Part shown: positions 37,940-48,407 of the stretch, piece after piece
Layout of the letters: each line of letters opens with the position of its first letter
Numbering within the stretch: the stretch's first letter is position 1
Assembly (NCBI GenBank): GCA_001563335.1
Contig: LRSL01000019.1
Span: forward strand, 1-58,929
Source of the DNA: Candidatus Thorarchaeota archaeon SMTZ1-45
Lineage (GTDB): Archaea; Asgardarchaeota; Thorarchaeia; Thorarchaeales; Thorarchaeaceae
Length of the DNA stretch: 58,929 nucleotides
Direction of reading: 5' to 3'
Translations under genes and position numbers: made by a program
The notes under the pieces: generated by a model
The model's database searches: none
Seen by the model: only the letters and a program-made list of their open reading frames with translations
What the model was told of the DNA's origin: nothing

Positions 37940-38897
37940 TCTCCTGATTTTCCATATTGTTCATTTTCTTAGATCGTTTGGTCATTCCTGACCACACAAC
38001 GTTTGAGAGACCTTCCTCTCTGGCCACCTGTGCAAGATTTTCCATAGTTTCAACACTAACGAGATCATAGTCTTTTAGTGGGTATTCTAGGTCAAACAAT
38101 TCATACTTGTCAATGCACATTCTGTTAAATGCAAGCAAATCATATCGTTCTACATTTGGAAGGTGTTGAAGCACAAAGCGAGCGATTGCGCGAATGTTTT
38201 CTTCATCATCGGTGTGTTCAGGAATAATCGGAGTCCTAATCCAAGTAGGTTTCCCACTCTCAGCAACGATATGGGCATTAGTTAGCACTGTATCAAGTGG
38301 AACTCCAGTGTATTCCTTATGCTTCTGTGGATCCATGATTTTTAGGTCATAAAGAATCAAATCGACATAGGGAAGTAAATCCCATAATACTTTCTCACTG
38401 CAATATCCACAGGTATCGAGGGCAACATGGACTCCTTCATCCTTCAGACCTTTTGCTACTTCAAGAGCAAACTTGGATTGAAATGTGGCCTCACCACCTG
38501 AGAGAGTAACACCACCATTTGAGGTTTCAAAAAACACTTTGTCTTTGAGAAGTTCCTGAACAAGATCAACTGAAGTCCATGATTTCCCCATCACTTTGAC
38601 AGCACCAGTTGGACATGCTTCCTCGCAAGTTCCGCACACAACACATCTCTCCCTGTCAATCTTCAGACCATCAGGAGTGAGAGTGAGAGCATCTTCTGGA
38701 CATATACGGACGCAAGCTTGGTCACCAATACATTTCACTTTGTACCATACCAAAGTGGATTCGGGGTTTATTGTTTCGATATTATGACACCAAGAACAGG
38801 ACATCGGACAGCCTTTGAAGAATACAGTGGTTCTAATCCCTGGACCATCCTCTGTTGAACAACGTTGAATATTGGTTATGATTCCTGATGTAGTCAT
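37923..38897 (-). CDS. Glycyl-radical enzyme activating enzyme (radical SAM with ferredoxin insert)
   Basis: DGPGIRTTVFFKGCPMSCSWCHN, CVVCGTCEEACP, GGVTLSGGE and DTCGY motifs. Confidence 0.95.
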   Translation of the reverse strand: MTTSGIITNIQRCSTEDGPGIRTTVFFKGCPMSCSWCHNIETINPESTLVWYKVKCIGDQACVRICPEDALTLTPDGLKIDRERCVVCGTCEEACPTGAVKVMGKSWTSVDLVQELLKDKVFFETSNGGVTLSGGEATFQSKFALEVAKGLKDEGVHVALDTCGYCSEKVLWDLLPYVDLILYDLKIMDPQKHKEYTGVPLDTVLTNAHIVAESGKPTWIRTPIIPEHTDDEENIRAIARFVLQHLPNVERYDLLAFNRMCIDKYELFDLEYPLKDYDLVSVETMENLAQVAREEGLSNVVWSGMTKRSKKMNNMENQEIETCG

Positions 38898-41296
38898 CAG
38901 AGTGAATGCTCCGTTCTTGTGATGATTTCTTCCTGTAATTCTCTGCCAACTTGCGTAAAGAATGCATTGTATCCTGTCACACGAACCATAAGATTAGAGT
39001 ATGCATCAGGATTCTTCTGAGCATCACGTAGTGTTTTAGCATCAATTACATTGATTTGTAGAGCTGTCCCACCAACCTCATTATAGGCACGAAGCAAGGC
39101 AGCTAGCTTCTCGATATGTTCAGGTGTTTGGACCATTGACGGACTAATCGTGATAGTGTGAGATGCACCATTGGGAATGGTTTCGAGGTTAAGTTTTCCA
39201 ACAGACCTTATTGACGCTGTTGGTCCATGAGAATCCATTCCTTGAACAGCACCTACTCCACCTGAGAGGAACTCTCCGCGTTTTCTTCCATCGGGCGTAG
39301 CACCAGTTAATGGAGCAAGTGGAATATAATAGTTCCAAGATAAATAGCCAGCCCTGTATCTTCTTCCAGTGAATGGATTTTTGTGTTTGAACGCTTCTTC
39401 AGCCCAGAAGACAGAGAGTTCACGAGCAATCTCATCTACATAGTCATCATCGTTACCAAACTTCGGAGCTTTGGACCTTAGCAATTGACGAAGTTCCTTA
39501 TGACCCTCATAGTTTGATTTAAGTGCATCAAGCAGTTCTTTCATTGTCACACGTTTATCATCGAATATCATTTTCTTTACTGCTGCTACTGAATCAGCTA
39601 AAGTAGCGATTCCCATTCCCTCGATGGTATTGAAATTCCAAGTAGTGCCACCTTCATTGACATCTTTTCCATTAATAGCACAGTCATCCATTAATGCGCT
39701 TAGATAAGGCACTGGTTGGTATTTTGCACGTAGGTTATCCGCCATATTTCCTGCATTCACCAGAAGCTCAACGAGAGCTTTAAGCTGTGCCTTGATTGCA
39801 TTCATGAAATCGTCAAATGTCTTGAAGCTCAATGGGTCACCTGTTTTTGGACCAAATTGAATTCCTGTTGCTTGGTCTTTACCATCATTTAGAGCCAACT
39901 CAACAGCCTTTGCCAGATTTATGTTAATATCAACAGTGTCTGATCGGTCGTTACCTTGCATTGTATTCTCGAGACAACCAACTATACCATAGTTCCAGGC
40001 TTCTTCACGTGGAACTCCTTGCCACACAAGTCCGTCGATACTGTGTTCATCAAAATTCATCAGAAATGGAGAACCTTGAGCTTTAGAAACAATTTCTGCA
40101 ACTCGAATCAGAAAGTCTTGAGGTGTATTGCGATGAAGCCTGATATTGGGTTTTGGTTCGAGAAGATTCATTTCTTCGATGACATCAAGAGTTAGCCATG
40201 TGAGGTCGTTTGTTAGGTCTTCTCCATTTGGTCCGCATCCACTCAAAGTTATCAATTGACCAAAACCAGAGTTGATACCTTGATTGATCCCGAGGCGTCC
40301 TTGAAAATCATAGACATAGTTATGTTTAATCCAATAACATTGGAGAAGTTCCCTTGCTTCCTCTCTTGTGAGTATGCCCGCATCAATGTCCTTCTTGTAG
40401 AAAGGATACATATACTGATCCCATCGGCCATGTGATAGTCCTGCACCAGGATAAGACTCAGCAGCCATTACAAGCATATGAACAAACCAGAGAGACTGAA
40501 GTGCTTCCCAGAATGAAGTGGGTGCTTCCCAGGGCACTCTGTCACAAATTTCCGCAATATTAAGAAGCTCTTTTTTTCTTTCGGGGTCAGGTTCACTCTT
40601 GGCAAGTTCTTTTGCTTTCTTCGAATACCTAAGACCAACATCACGAGCAGTTTCACAGCTTAGGATCAGTGCTTCGATGAATTCACGATGTTTAGGGGTA
40701 AGGTCTCCCTTCAGTAGAGTTCTATATTCTTCTGCTAGACCACGCATACCGACTTTCATTACTTTGGCATAGTTAGGAATAAGATGTCCAGGAATCGAAG
40801 AACCGGTTCCGATTCCATGTTCGTTCAACCGTCCGGTTTCATTAAACCAATTTGACATCTCCTTGTTCCTTTTTTTTGTTTCAGACTTATTCAGAGACCT
40901 TGAGAGAGCTGTGTTAAAATTGAATCCTACAATAAGTTCGCCATCTAAGATTATTGTAGGCATATACTTTGTCATCACTTCATGAAAGAAGATTGCTCGT
41001 CTCTTTTCAAGACCAAAATTCCAATACCCATCTGACAACTCAACTTTGATGACCATTGCTTTTAGAGTTTGATTGATTGAAGCAAAGAAGGGATATAGAG
41101 CAGGTTCATTTGCCCAATCATGAACCGAGTAGACCTCATCCCAATCAGTACCAGTTGTAAAAGCATATGGTTCATTTGTTTCTTCACGGTCATTAAAGGA
41201 GTAAAAATGGTTTCGTAATTTCCGAACTCGTTTAGAGAGATTTTCAGAGGGAGACCATATTTCAATCAAGGGGGTTATCTTCTCATCGACTGTCAA
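38897..41296 (-). CDS. Glycyl-radical enzyme (PFL2/dehydratase-like superfamily), substrate unknown
   Basis: Gly-radical loop LMVRVTGY, single-Cys loop GIVGCLEN, GRWDQY, APKFGNDD and ATPDGR; TTG start after GGTGGTG. Confidence 0.93.
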   Translation of the reverse strand: MTVDEKITPLIEIWSPSENLSKRVRKLRNHFYSFNDREETNEPYAFTTGTDWDEVYSVHDWANEPALYPFFASINQTLKAMVIKVELSDGYWNFGLEKRRAIFFHEVMTKYMPTIILDGELIVGFNFNTALSRSLNKSETKKRNKEMSNWFNETGRLNEHGIGTGSSIPGHLIPNYAKVMKVGMRGLAEEYRTLLKGDLTPKHREFIEALILSCETARDVGLRYSKKAKELAKSEPDPERKKELLNIAEICDRVPWEAPTSFWEALQSLWFVHMLVMAAESYPGAGLSHGRWDQYMYPFYKKDIDAGILTREEARELLQCYWIKHNYVYDFQGRLGINQGINSGFGQLITLSGCGPNGEDLTNDLTWLTLDVIEEMNLLEPKPNIRLHRNTPQDFLIRVAEIVSKAQGSPFLMNFDEHSIDGLVWQGVPREEAWNYGIVGCLENTMQGNDRSDTVDININLAKAVELALNDGKDQATGIQFGPKTGDPLSFKTFDDFMNAIKAQLKALVELLVNAGNMADNLRAKYQPVPYLSALMDDCAINGKDVNEGGTTWNFNTIEGMGIATLADSVAAVKKMIFDDKRVTMKELLDALKSNYEGHKELRQLLRSKAPKFGNDDDYVDEIARELSVFWAEEAFKHKNPFTGRRYRAGYLSWNYYIPLAPLTGATPDGRKRGEFLSGGVGAVQGMDSHGPTASIRSVGKLNLETIPNGASHTITISPSMVQTPEHIEKLAALLRAYNEVGGTALQINVIDAKTLRDAQKNPDAYSNLMVRVTGYNAFFTQVGRELQEEIITRTEHSL

Positions 41297-41337
41297 GGAG
41301 TGAGCACCACCATTCTGTTTGGAGGGAATATTACTTC

Positions 41338-41370
41338 ATTCTAATAAGACTACATATTCTAATAGAATGT
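41338..41370. promoter_or_regulatory. Candidate operator upstream of the GRE operon
   Basis: ATTCTAATA occurs twice; the second copy forms the palindrome ATTCTA-A-TAGAAT. Confidence 0.3.
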
Positions 41371-41516
41371 GGATAAATAGCTTACACTGCAATCAATACG
41401 CAATTCAGTGGCTTCTCGTACGACCATGCAACTGGCGCTAGCCTTAAAAGCAGTACAACTTCTCGGGGGCCTTAACCGCCCGAAATCAGATTACTGGGTA
41501 TCAGGAAGGCAATAGA

Positions 41517-43682
41517 ATGAGAACAACGAGTAGATTGCTTGCGCTCCTAATTATCTCGATGATGTTTATAGGAGCGGCACAGACTCAGATGCAAGCACCC
41601 TTTGCTATACAGAATGACCTAAGCCTGATCACACCAACTGAAACCCTCATAGTTTCAGGTTACGATTCTCCCAACATTACAGTGTCATTGACAAGTCCAG
41701 CGAATGGGAGTTCTGTGTCAGGAACCTTCGACATAAATGTCGACATTACATCTGATTTTGGTACTCTGAATCTTACACTCTTTATTGAAGGGGCAATCTA
41801 TAGTGCATACAATCAGACAAGTATTGGCATTGGTGCACAATCAATCACTGTGGATTCCACAACTCAGCCAGAAGGCATGTTAAACTTCACGCTCTTCTTT
41901 GAGAATCTTGCAGAGAAAGAAACATACTATCTTCTCTATTTCGTCGATAACGACGGCGTGAACATTGAAGTTGCACTGTACACACCTGCAAATGGAAGTA
42001 CCATTAGTGGTGTTGTGAGTATAGACCTCAACGTCACTCACGATTATGGCAACCTCAACATTACTCTTCTTGTGGATGGAATAGCTCAAGCACCATATAC
42101 ACCACTATTGATTGGGTCGGGCGATATCAGCGTCATTATCGATACCAGTGGTCTTTGGGAAGGATACAACAACTTCACATTCATCTTTGAGTACGATTTT
42201 CTTGCAACAACCGACTACTATGAGATGTATTTGGAATATCTAGTTGACAATGATGGTGAACCAGTCACTGTTAGTCATCAGTCACCTGCATACGGTTCAC
42301 AGGTAGCAGGAGTGTTCAATCTCACATTACTTATAGGATCAGAATATGAACCGCTAAATCTAACTCTGTATATTGAAGGGATTATTCAATCAGACTTCAA
42401 TAAAACACCTATCGGAATTAGAGAGCAGATAATTCAAATAAACACGACCTCTTTGCCAGAAGGTCTTTTGAATTTCACCCTGGTCTTTGAGTATAATGTG
42501 ACTGGTGAGAATATAATTGTCAGTTACTTTATTGAATTCGTTGTGAATAATCATGATGCTCCAAATGTTGAATGGATTTCGCCGGAGGAGCTAGATACCA
42601 TTAGCGGTGTGACTGACTTCTGGCTAAATATAACCTCTACATATAGTGAAGTCTTCCTCAACATAACTGTTGATGACAAGATTGTTCCAGAATGGAATGC
42701 TACACTAGTTCCGGTTGGTGATGGTAATTACTCAGTCAACTCAAGCAGGTATGAAAATGGGAATCATATCATACGTATAATTGTATATACAGAAGAAGGA
42801 CTGACAGCCTCCATAAGCAGGGAGTTTGTATTTCTAGATCATATTAGGCTATATGTGTTGGAGTTCGCCAATTATGATGAAATCTCTGGAAACGCCAGTA
42901 TCCCAGTGAGAATTGCATCACCATACCAGAATGGTACTGTTTCACTATATATTGATGGTATACTAGTTGAGGAAGTAAACAATGTCACGGTCTTTCTGGG
43001 ACGGAATATTATCTATTTCAATACCACCTTGTACTCAGAGGGTGAGCACAATTTCACTTTCGTAGCCTACGACCACTTTGGTCATCGATATAACTATAGA
43101 ATAGTGCTTATAATCAACAACTATGGGCCGCCTGTTCTAAGGTTCTCCACAACAGCAGCAGTAGTTATCGGACGAGCTGAATTTGTAGTCGATGTTGATA
43201 CTAATTGGAACACTCTAGAAGCGTCTGTTTATGTTGACGACATTCTTGTTGGAGGTTATCAGAATCTTTCTGTCGATGTTAGTGGTGGGATTTTCACATT
43301 CTATATCGATGTGGGCAACTATACAAAAGCACAACATACTGTGCGTTTAGTAATGTTGACAGCAGAGAATGAAACAACAGAGATTGAACGAGAGTTCGGT
43401 TTTGCCTCTCTTAGAATTGAGGAGATCGCAAGTATTTTCGTGCTCTTTGGTCTTGCATTGGCAATTCCGATTTACAGGAAAAGACAGGGTCACTCACTCA
43501 GACCTGTAATCATCCTGGATGTCGTGTTCTTTGGAGTCATAGTCGGTGCATTCCTAATACTGGGTATTAGTTCGATTCCGTTCATTCTATGGCATGTGAA
43601 CCTTGCTAGTATTTGGGCTATTGGTAGCTCGCTTGTGTTTGCAAACTGGGCAATTCCATTCATAATGATGGAAGAAGAGTGA
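41517..43682 (+). CDS. Cell-surface glycoprotein with about six tandem Ig-like (Big_7-like) repeats and three C-terminal TM helices
   Basis: Signal peptide; ~100-aa repeats (SPANGSSVSG, TPANGSTISG, SPAYGSQVAG, ...LNLTL.I[ED]G); many N-x-S/T sequons. Confidence 0.8.
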   Translation: MRTTSRLLALLIISMMFIGAAQTQMQAPFAIQNDLSLITPTETLIVSGYDSPNITVSLTSPANGSSVSGTFDINVDITSDFGTLNLTLFIEGAIYSAYNQTSIGIGAQSITVDSTTQPEGMLNFTLFFENLAEKETYYLLYFVDNDGVNIEVALYTPANGSTISGVVSIDLNVTHDYGNLNITLLVDGIAQAPYTPLLIGSGDISVIIDTSGLWEGYNNFTFIFEYDFLATTDYYEMYLEYLVDNDGEPVTVSHQSPAYGSQVAGVFNLTLLIGSEYEPLNLTLYIEGIIQSDFNKTPIGIREQIIQINTTSLPEGLLNFTLVFEYNVTGENIIVSYFIEFVVNNHDAPNVEWISPEELDTISGVTDFWLNITSTYSEVFLNITVDDKIVPEWNATLVPVGDGNYSVNSSRYENGNHIIRIIVYTEEGLTASISREFVFLDHIRLYVLEFANYDEISGNASIPVRIASPYQNGTVSLYIDGILVEEVNNVTVFLGRNIIYFNTTLYSEGEHNFTFVAYDHFGHRYNYRIVLIINNYGPPVLRFSTTAAVVIGRAEFVVDVDTNWNTLEASVYVDDILVGGYQNLSVDVSGGIFTFYIDVGNYTKAQHTVRLVMLTAENETTEIEREFGFASLRIEEIASIFVLFGLALAIPIYRKRQGHSLRPVIILDVVFFGVIVGAFLILGISSIPFILWHVNLASIWAIGSSLVFANWAIPFIMMEEE

Positions 43683-44546
43683 TCAAAGAAGTCGTGTGAC
43701 TGGGATATCAGTTGAAAGTTCAGAAGACCATTTCGCAAAAGAAGTGTAGATGTTGAGATTATCCTTTGGGATTGTTGATTTCACCTTCTTTACTTTCCAT
43801 CTTAGAGCGTGTCCTGCAGTCTTGGAAATAACAATATCAGCTTCATTCAAACCATGCTTTGTTACATCAACAACGAAAATTGCAGTTTTAGCATCTACCT
43901 TAGCAATAGCTCCCACTCCGAAAAGGTGCTCAGCAGAATAAAATTCTAGGAGTTTCCCAGTATGTTCTTCATCAATAATATCAGCTGCTAGTTCAGCTAG
44001 TGATCCAGGATATGCAATATGGGAGAAACGCATTGAAGTCGGCAGTTTGGTCACTTCTTTTAGAGAAACCATCTTCACCTTTGAAGCTCTAATTTTAGGA
44101 ATCTTTGTAGGTGAAATACTAATGTCCATAATGTTGCCCCTTGCAAAATACTGCACCTTCATCCAATAATTGTAAGCAGCGGGAGGTGTGGTTGCCACAA
44201 CTCTAACAACTTTCTTCTTTCTTAGCACCTCTTCAGCTGCTCTTGTGAGCATTGTACCAATTGTTGCCTTTTGATTTCTGACATCAACGTCAAGATTTCG
44301 GATTATTCCTACACGACCGGAAACTGGATTTTTCTCAGCTCTAAACACAATTTCACCTATTACTTGCCCTTTTTCTTCAGCTACGAGCCAACCCCATCTT
44401 TCAAATGCTGCACCTTTGTGTTCATCCTTGACCTGTTCGACGGTAGTATATCCTCCCACCCTTGTACGATAGAACCAACGCGTACCTTGATAGACTTCCA
44501 GAAGGTCTGAACAATCCTTCATCATGCCCTGCCGAATGGTAACCAT
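43683..44546 (-). CDS. Tandem GNAT-domain acetyltransferase-like protein
   Basis: LVAEEKGQVIG, LDVDVRNQKATIGTML and YNYWMK motifs; degenerate second domain. Likely start 44546. Confidence 0.7.
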   Translation of the reverse strand: MVTIRQGMMKDCSDLLEVYQGTRWFYRTRVGGYTTVEQVKDEHKGAAFERWGWLVAEEKGQVIGEIVFRAEKNPVSGRVGIIRNLDVDVRNQKATIGTMLTRAAEEVLRKKKVVRVVATTPPAAYNYWMKVQYFARGNIMDISISPTKIPKIRASKVKMVSLKEVTKLPTSMRFSHIAYPGSLAELAADIIDEEHTGKLLEFYSAEHLFGVGAIAKVDAKTAIFVVDVTKHGLNEADIVISKTAGHALRWKVKKVKSTIPKDNLNIYTSFAKWSSELSTDIPVTRLL

Positions 44547-44619
44547 TGATAGACGCCTCTGACTTGTCACTGGTATCAAGAAATCTAAGGACAAAATAAA
44601 GTGATGTAAGACAAAATAG

Positions 44620-45552
44620 TTAGTAAAGAATGGAATTACTTATTCGAAGACTTCGCGAGGCCAGCTCTCTTGCACTGGGGCTAAAGAGATATAGGATTGG
44701 TTCGATGCCAATCCCTCCAGGGATATGAATAGCAGGATACTCGGTTTGTGGTCCTGGCACCTGGACCATATCCTTAAGAGATTCGACTATTTTTGAGGCT
44801 GAACTTTCTGGTTCTTTCATAGTCAACACATGGAATCCCATTTTTCCCGCAATCTTCGCGATGTCTTCCTTTCCACTCACACAAAGACATGCACGTACTC
44901 GAGGCCATGTGCTTTTTGCATACAATAATAGTTCTGCAGTATGTTGTGATGCTCCAAATCGAGGATTGATAAGAGCTCGAGCCCGACCATCTATGATTGT
45001 AATTCTACCAGGAACTCCAGCCACATCTTTGTATGTTTGAGCAAGATCATTGCATACAACAAAATTCGCACGGACTTGTGGTACAATAACCTGGAAGGTA
45101 TCAGATTGCTCTATAGTCCTTAGTGCTTCAAGGATGTCTTCAATTATTATGGCTCGTTCTGCAAGATCATCATCCCTTCCTCCAAGCAGTTGAGAGCAGA
45201 TTTGACAATTTGCAAATTTGAGAGAAGGTACTTTATCTTGGTGCATCTCACATAATGTTGAACCTAGACGGGAACGCATGCATGCTGAACAGATTTCTCG
45301 GATTATTTTATCGGTACTCGACTCGCCAGTTTTGATAATTTCTGTGAGTCTTTTTGAGAGAAAATCGACCTCTCCTGCTAGCTTGGTCTTCGATAATTGC
45401 TGGCTCAAATACTTGCTGACAGCTGCTTGTGTCAAATCCATTTTCGAAGCGATCTCAGTCTGTGAGAACCCATCTTCTATTAATGATATAGCCACTGAAG
45501 CTCTGACTGCTCGTAGGAAGTCCCTTTGTACAAGTTCACATGGTGGTCTCAT
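44620..45552 (-). CDS. thiR: ThiR-like regulator (HTH + ThiN/thiamine-phosphate-synthase-like domain)
   Basis: RPPCE...SQTEIASKMDLTQAAVSKYL; PQVRANF, DVAGVPGRI, FGASQHTA and GGIGIEP; divergent from the thiamine ABC transporter. Confidence 0.85.
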   Translation of the reverse strand: MRPPCELVQRDFLRAVRASVAISLIEDGFSQTEIASKMDLTQAAVSKYLSQQLSKTKLAGEVDFLSKRLTEIIKTGESSTDKIIREICSACMRSRLGSTLCEMHQDKVPSLKFANCQICSQLLGGRDDDLAERAIIIEDILEALRTIEQSDTFQVIVPQVRANFVVCNDLAQTYKDVAGVPGRITIIDGRARALINPRFGASQHTAELLLYAKSTWPRVRACLCVSGKEDIAKIAGKMGFHVLTMKEPESSASKIVESLKDMVQVPGPQTEYPAIHIPGGIGIEPILYLFSPSARELASRSLRISNSILY

Positions 45553-45571
45553 GCAGATTCACCTCAATATC

Positions 45572-45602
45572 TATAACACTGTTATAAGAAGTGTTATAAG
45601 AA
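45572..45602. promoter_or_regulatory. Candidate ThiR operator
   Basis: Perfect palindrome TATAAC-ACT-GTTATA (45572-45586) plus 11-bp direct repeat TGTTATAAGAA (45580, 45592) in the 81-bp divergent gap. Confidence 0.7.
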
Positions 45603-45633
45603 TATTTGCATTCACTCCCTTCGGTGTCAAAAA

Positions 45634-46755
45634 ATGACTGAGTATCCAAGTAGAAGAGATCCGCGAAAGATGTTAGCAGGTATTGCGATTGTAGTAATTT
45701 TAGTAATCTCAGTCTATGCCGCAGTTACTTGGTGGAAACCTAGGTTTGTTGTCTACACCTATAGTAGTTTCCTTGATTGGGGAGATGAAGGTGCAGAAGC
45801 AGTTATTGAACGTGCTTTTGCACCATTCGAGGAAATGTATGGAGTAGAGGTGGATATTATTCTGCTAGAGGTTGATGCAAATGGCATTATATCGAAGTTA
45901 GTAGCAGAATCTGCAAATCCAGTCGCTGATGTCGTGATAGGAATTGATAACATACTAATACTTCAGGAAGCAGCAAAGAGTGTATTGGAGCCTTATACAT
46001 CACCAAATTTGAGTTTAATCAATGAGTCCCTTGTAGATCTACTTGATCCAGAACACTACCTTACGCCATTCGATTTCGGCTTGGTTACACTGATCTATTC
46101 AACTAACACAATCAATACAACTACGCATCCTCAGCTGGCTAATCTCACCTTTGCCGATCTTGCTGAAACAGAATTAGCATCTGCACTTGTCACTGAGAAT
46201 CCGCACTATAGTAGTCCAGGATTATCTTTCCTATTATCTCAGATCGCAGTATATGAGAAGATTCTGCACCAAGATTGGACATCATGGTGGGAGGATGTCA
46301 GAAACGAAATAGATGTCCAAGAGGGATGGACTGAAGCTTGGTCTGTTTGGTCAACTGATCCAACCAAGCATCTAATGGTTAGTTATGGAACAGATCCTGC
46401 ATATTCAGCGAACGATCTGGGAACCGCTCCTGATACAGCTGTTGCCCCCTTCTTCTACAATGACCTTTATTGGGCTTGGATGCAGGTGGAAGGCGTCGGA
46501 CTTGTAAAGAACGGTCCTAATCCTGAGCTTGGTAAAGCATTCATAGACTATTGTCTTAATGCAACAGTTCAATCAGAAATACCTCTTAATCAATGGATGT
46601 TTCCAGTAAGAACCGACCTCACATTACCCAGTGTATATCAATATGCGATCCATCCAGATGAGGTGAGTGTTCTCAATCAGCTCCTAAATAGTACTGAAAT
46701 CGCAACCAATCTCCAAGATTGGTTAGACTTATGGGATACCACTAGAGCACCCTAG
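45634..46755 (+). CDS. thiB: Thiamine ABC transporter substrate-binding protein
   Basis: VYTYSSF, ADVVIGIDN, TPFDFG, SSPGLSFL, VSYGTDPAY, QVEG and NQWMFPV motifs. Confidence 0.9.
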   Translation: MTEYPSRRDPRKMLAGIAIVVILVISVYAAVTWWKPRFVVYTYSSFLDWGDEGAEAVIERAFAPFEEMYGVEVDIILLEVDANGIISKLVAESANPVADVVIGIDNILILQEAAKSVLEPYTSPNLSLINESLVDLLDPEHYLTPFDFGLVTLIYSTNTINTTTHPQLANLTFADLAETELASALVTENPHYSSPGLSFLLSQIAVYEKILHQDWTSWWEDVRNEIDVQEGWTEAWSVWSTDPTKHLMVSYGTDPAYSANDLGTAPDTAVAPFFYNDLYWAWMQVEGVGLVKNGPNPELGKAFIDYCLNATVQSEIPLNQWMFPVRTDLTLPSVYQYAIHPDEVSVLNQLLNSTEIATNLQDWLDLWDTTRAP

Positions 46756-46769
46756 AAGGGAAGTTAAAT

Positions 46770-48407
46770 TTGAATACACGAGTTCTTGCAAAGTATGCAA
46801 TACTAGCATTTCCAATCTTGTTACTAGTCGTATTCTTGCTTTATCCTGTTGGCATAGTCATAGTGCAAGGCCTCTTTTCAGGAACTCCTTTCAATGAGGT
46901 TATTACTTCACCAACTATCCAATTTACAATTCAGTTCACAATTGGTCAAGCTATTCTTAGTACATTCCTGGCTGTTCTCATTGGCTTGCCTGGTGCGTAC
47001 TTGATAGCACGTCTGAGGTTTAGAGGTAAGTCTTTAGTCAAGGCTATGATGATTGTCCCTTTTGTCTTACCTCCTATTGTTGTGGTTGTTGGATTTCTCC
47101 AGATGTTCGGACAATATGGAGTAGTTGATTCGATTTTGATGTGGATCAATAGGTCATCAATCTCTGTCTTCAATTTGGCTACGGGAGTACCAGGAATTGT
47201 TCTCGCTCATACTTTCTATAATGTGCCATTGGTTCTTCTGATGGTGTCTGCTTCTTTAGAACAACTCAATCCAGAGATAGAGGAGAGTGCAGAGATATTA
47301 GGAGCAAGCCCATTTCAGAGGTTCAGACATATCACACTTCCTCATATCTTGCCCTCAATACTTGCATCAGCAGTTCTGACTTTCATGTTTTGTTTTATGT
47401 CATTCCCTATCATCCTTGCATTTGGGCAAGGAACTTATCTGACAATTGAAACGCAGATTTGGAATGCTTTCAGAATGTTCGATTATGGAGAAGCGAGCTC
47501 TCTTACACTTATCCAAATTATCATCACTCTAAGTTTAGCATATGTCTACATCAAATTAGGCAGGGAAGAAAAAGATGTAGGAAGAACTGCATCAATCAAG
47601 ATGATGCCATTCAATCGATATAAGATGTCAGAAAGAATACTGATTTTGGGATATCTAGCATTGATTGTAGTTTTAGTATTAGGACCTATTGTAACAATTG
47701 TTCGAGCTTCGATTTACGACCCGATTACACAGAGATACACAATTGAAGGATTTGTAAATCTCTTCACATATGGTAGTCAGGGAGGGTTCCGCTATTTAGT
47801 CAATTCTCTTTTCTATGCTGGACTTGCGACAATCTTTGCAGTCATTCTTGGTATACCACTAGCATTAGCTATGAGAACTAGATCATGGGGTATTCCCACC
47901 TTAGCCTCATCTATGATCTTACTCCCTCTTGGAATATCTTCAATAACAGTGGCCTATGGTCTTGTTCTAGCAATCGCAGTTCCCACAGGTCTTGTCACAA
48001 ATCCATGGCCAATCATTGTGATTGCGCAGACAATAATTGGACTACCTTTTAGTGCAAGGGCTATTGAAATCGCAATGAGTAAGATAGATCCAGCTCTCTT
48101 GGAACAAGCTGACTCGCTTGGTGCAACAAGAATTCAAAAGCTTCTCTTTGTTGAACTTCCGCTCCTTGCTCCAGGTATCCTTGTGGGAGGTGTCTTTGCA
48201 TTTGCTATGGCAATTGGAGAGATGTCGGCGACATTATTCATTGCCTTGCCCCAGAACTACACACTCGCAGTAGCTATCTATGATTATCTTGCTGTTAGAG
48301 CATTTGTTGAAGCAGGTGCTGCAGCACTTATTTTAGTAGCTGTCTGTGTACTTGCATTTCTCATCATGGAGAAGATCTCAGAAGGGAGTACGGGAGGTGC
48401 ACTGTAA
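46770..48407 (+). CDS. thiP: Thiamine ABC transporter permease (fused double TMD)
   Basis: PFVLPPIVVVVGF, AHTFYNVPLV; two EAA loops (EESAEILGAS, EQADSLGAT). Confidence 0.88.
   Translation: MNTRVLAKYAILAFPILLLVVFLLYPVGIVIVQGLFSGTPFNEVITSPTIQFTIQFTIGQAILSTFLAVLIGLPGAYLIARLRFRGKSLVKAMMIVPFVLPPIVVVVGFLQMFGQYGVVDSILMWINRSSISVFNLATGVPGIVLAHTFYNVPLVLLMVSASLEQLNPEIEESAEILGASPFQRFRHITLPHILPSILASAVLTFMFCFMSFPIILAFGQGTYLTIETQIWNAFRMFDYGEASSLTLIQIIITLSLAYVYIKLGREEKDVGRTASIKMMPFNRYKMSERILILGYLALIVVLVLGPIVTIVRASIYDPITQRYTIEGFVNLFTYGSQGGFRYLVNSLFYAGLATIFAVILGIPLALAMRTRSWGIPTLASSMILLPLGISSITVAYGLVLAIAVPTGLVTNPWPIIVIAQTIIGLPFSARAIEIAMSKIDPALLEQADSLGATRIQKLLFVELPLLAPGILVGGVFAFAMAIGEMSATLFIALPQNYTLAVAIYDYLAVRAFVEAGAAALILVAVCVLAFLIMEKISEGSTGGAL

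Noticed and set aside
37923-37940. Selenocysteine readthrough at the activase C-terminus (CG-UGA)
   Set aside because: The enzyme is already complete, the stop overlaps the start region of the next gene, and no SECIS-like element was recognised.
38897-41296. Annotation as pyruvate formate-lyase or choline TMA-lyase
   Set aside because: It lacks the PFL Cys-Cys pair and the CutC GCVEP context.
45553-45633. TPP riboswitch upstream of thiB
   Set aside because: Only 81 nt, AT-rich and lacking the CUGAGA core; a ThiR palindrome explains the region.
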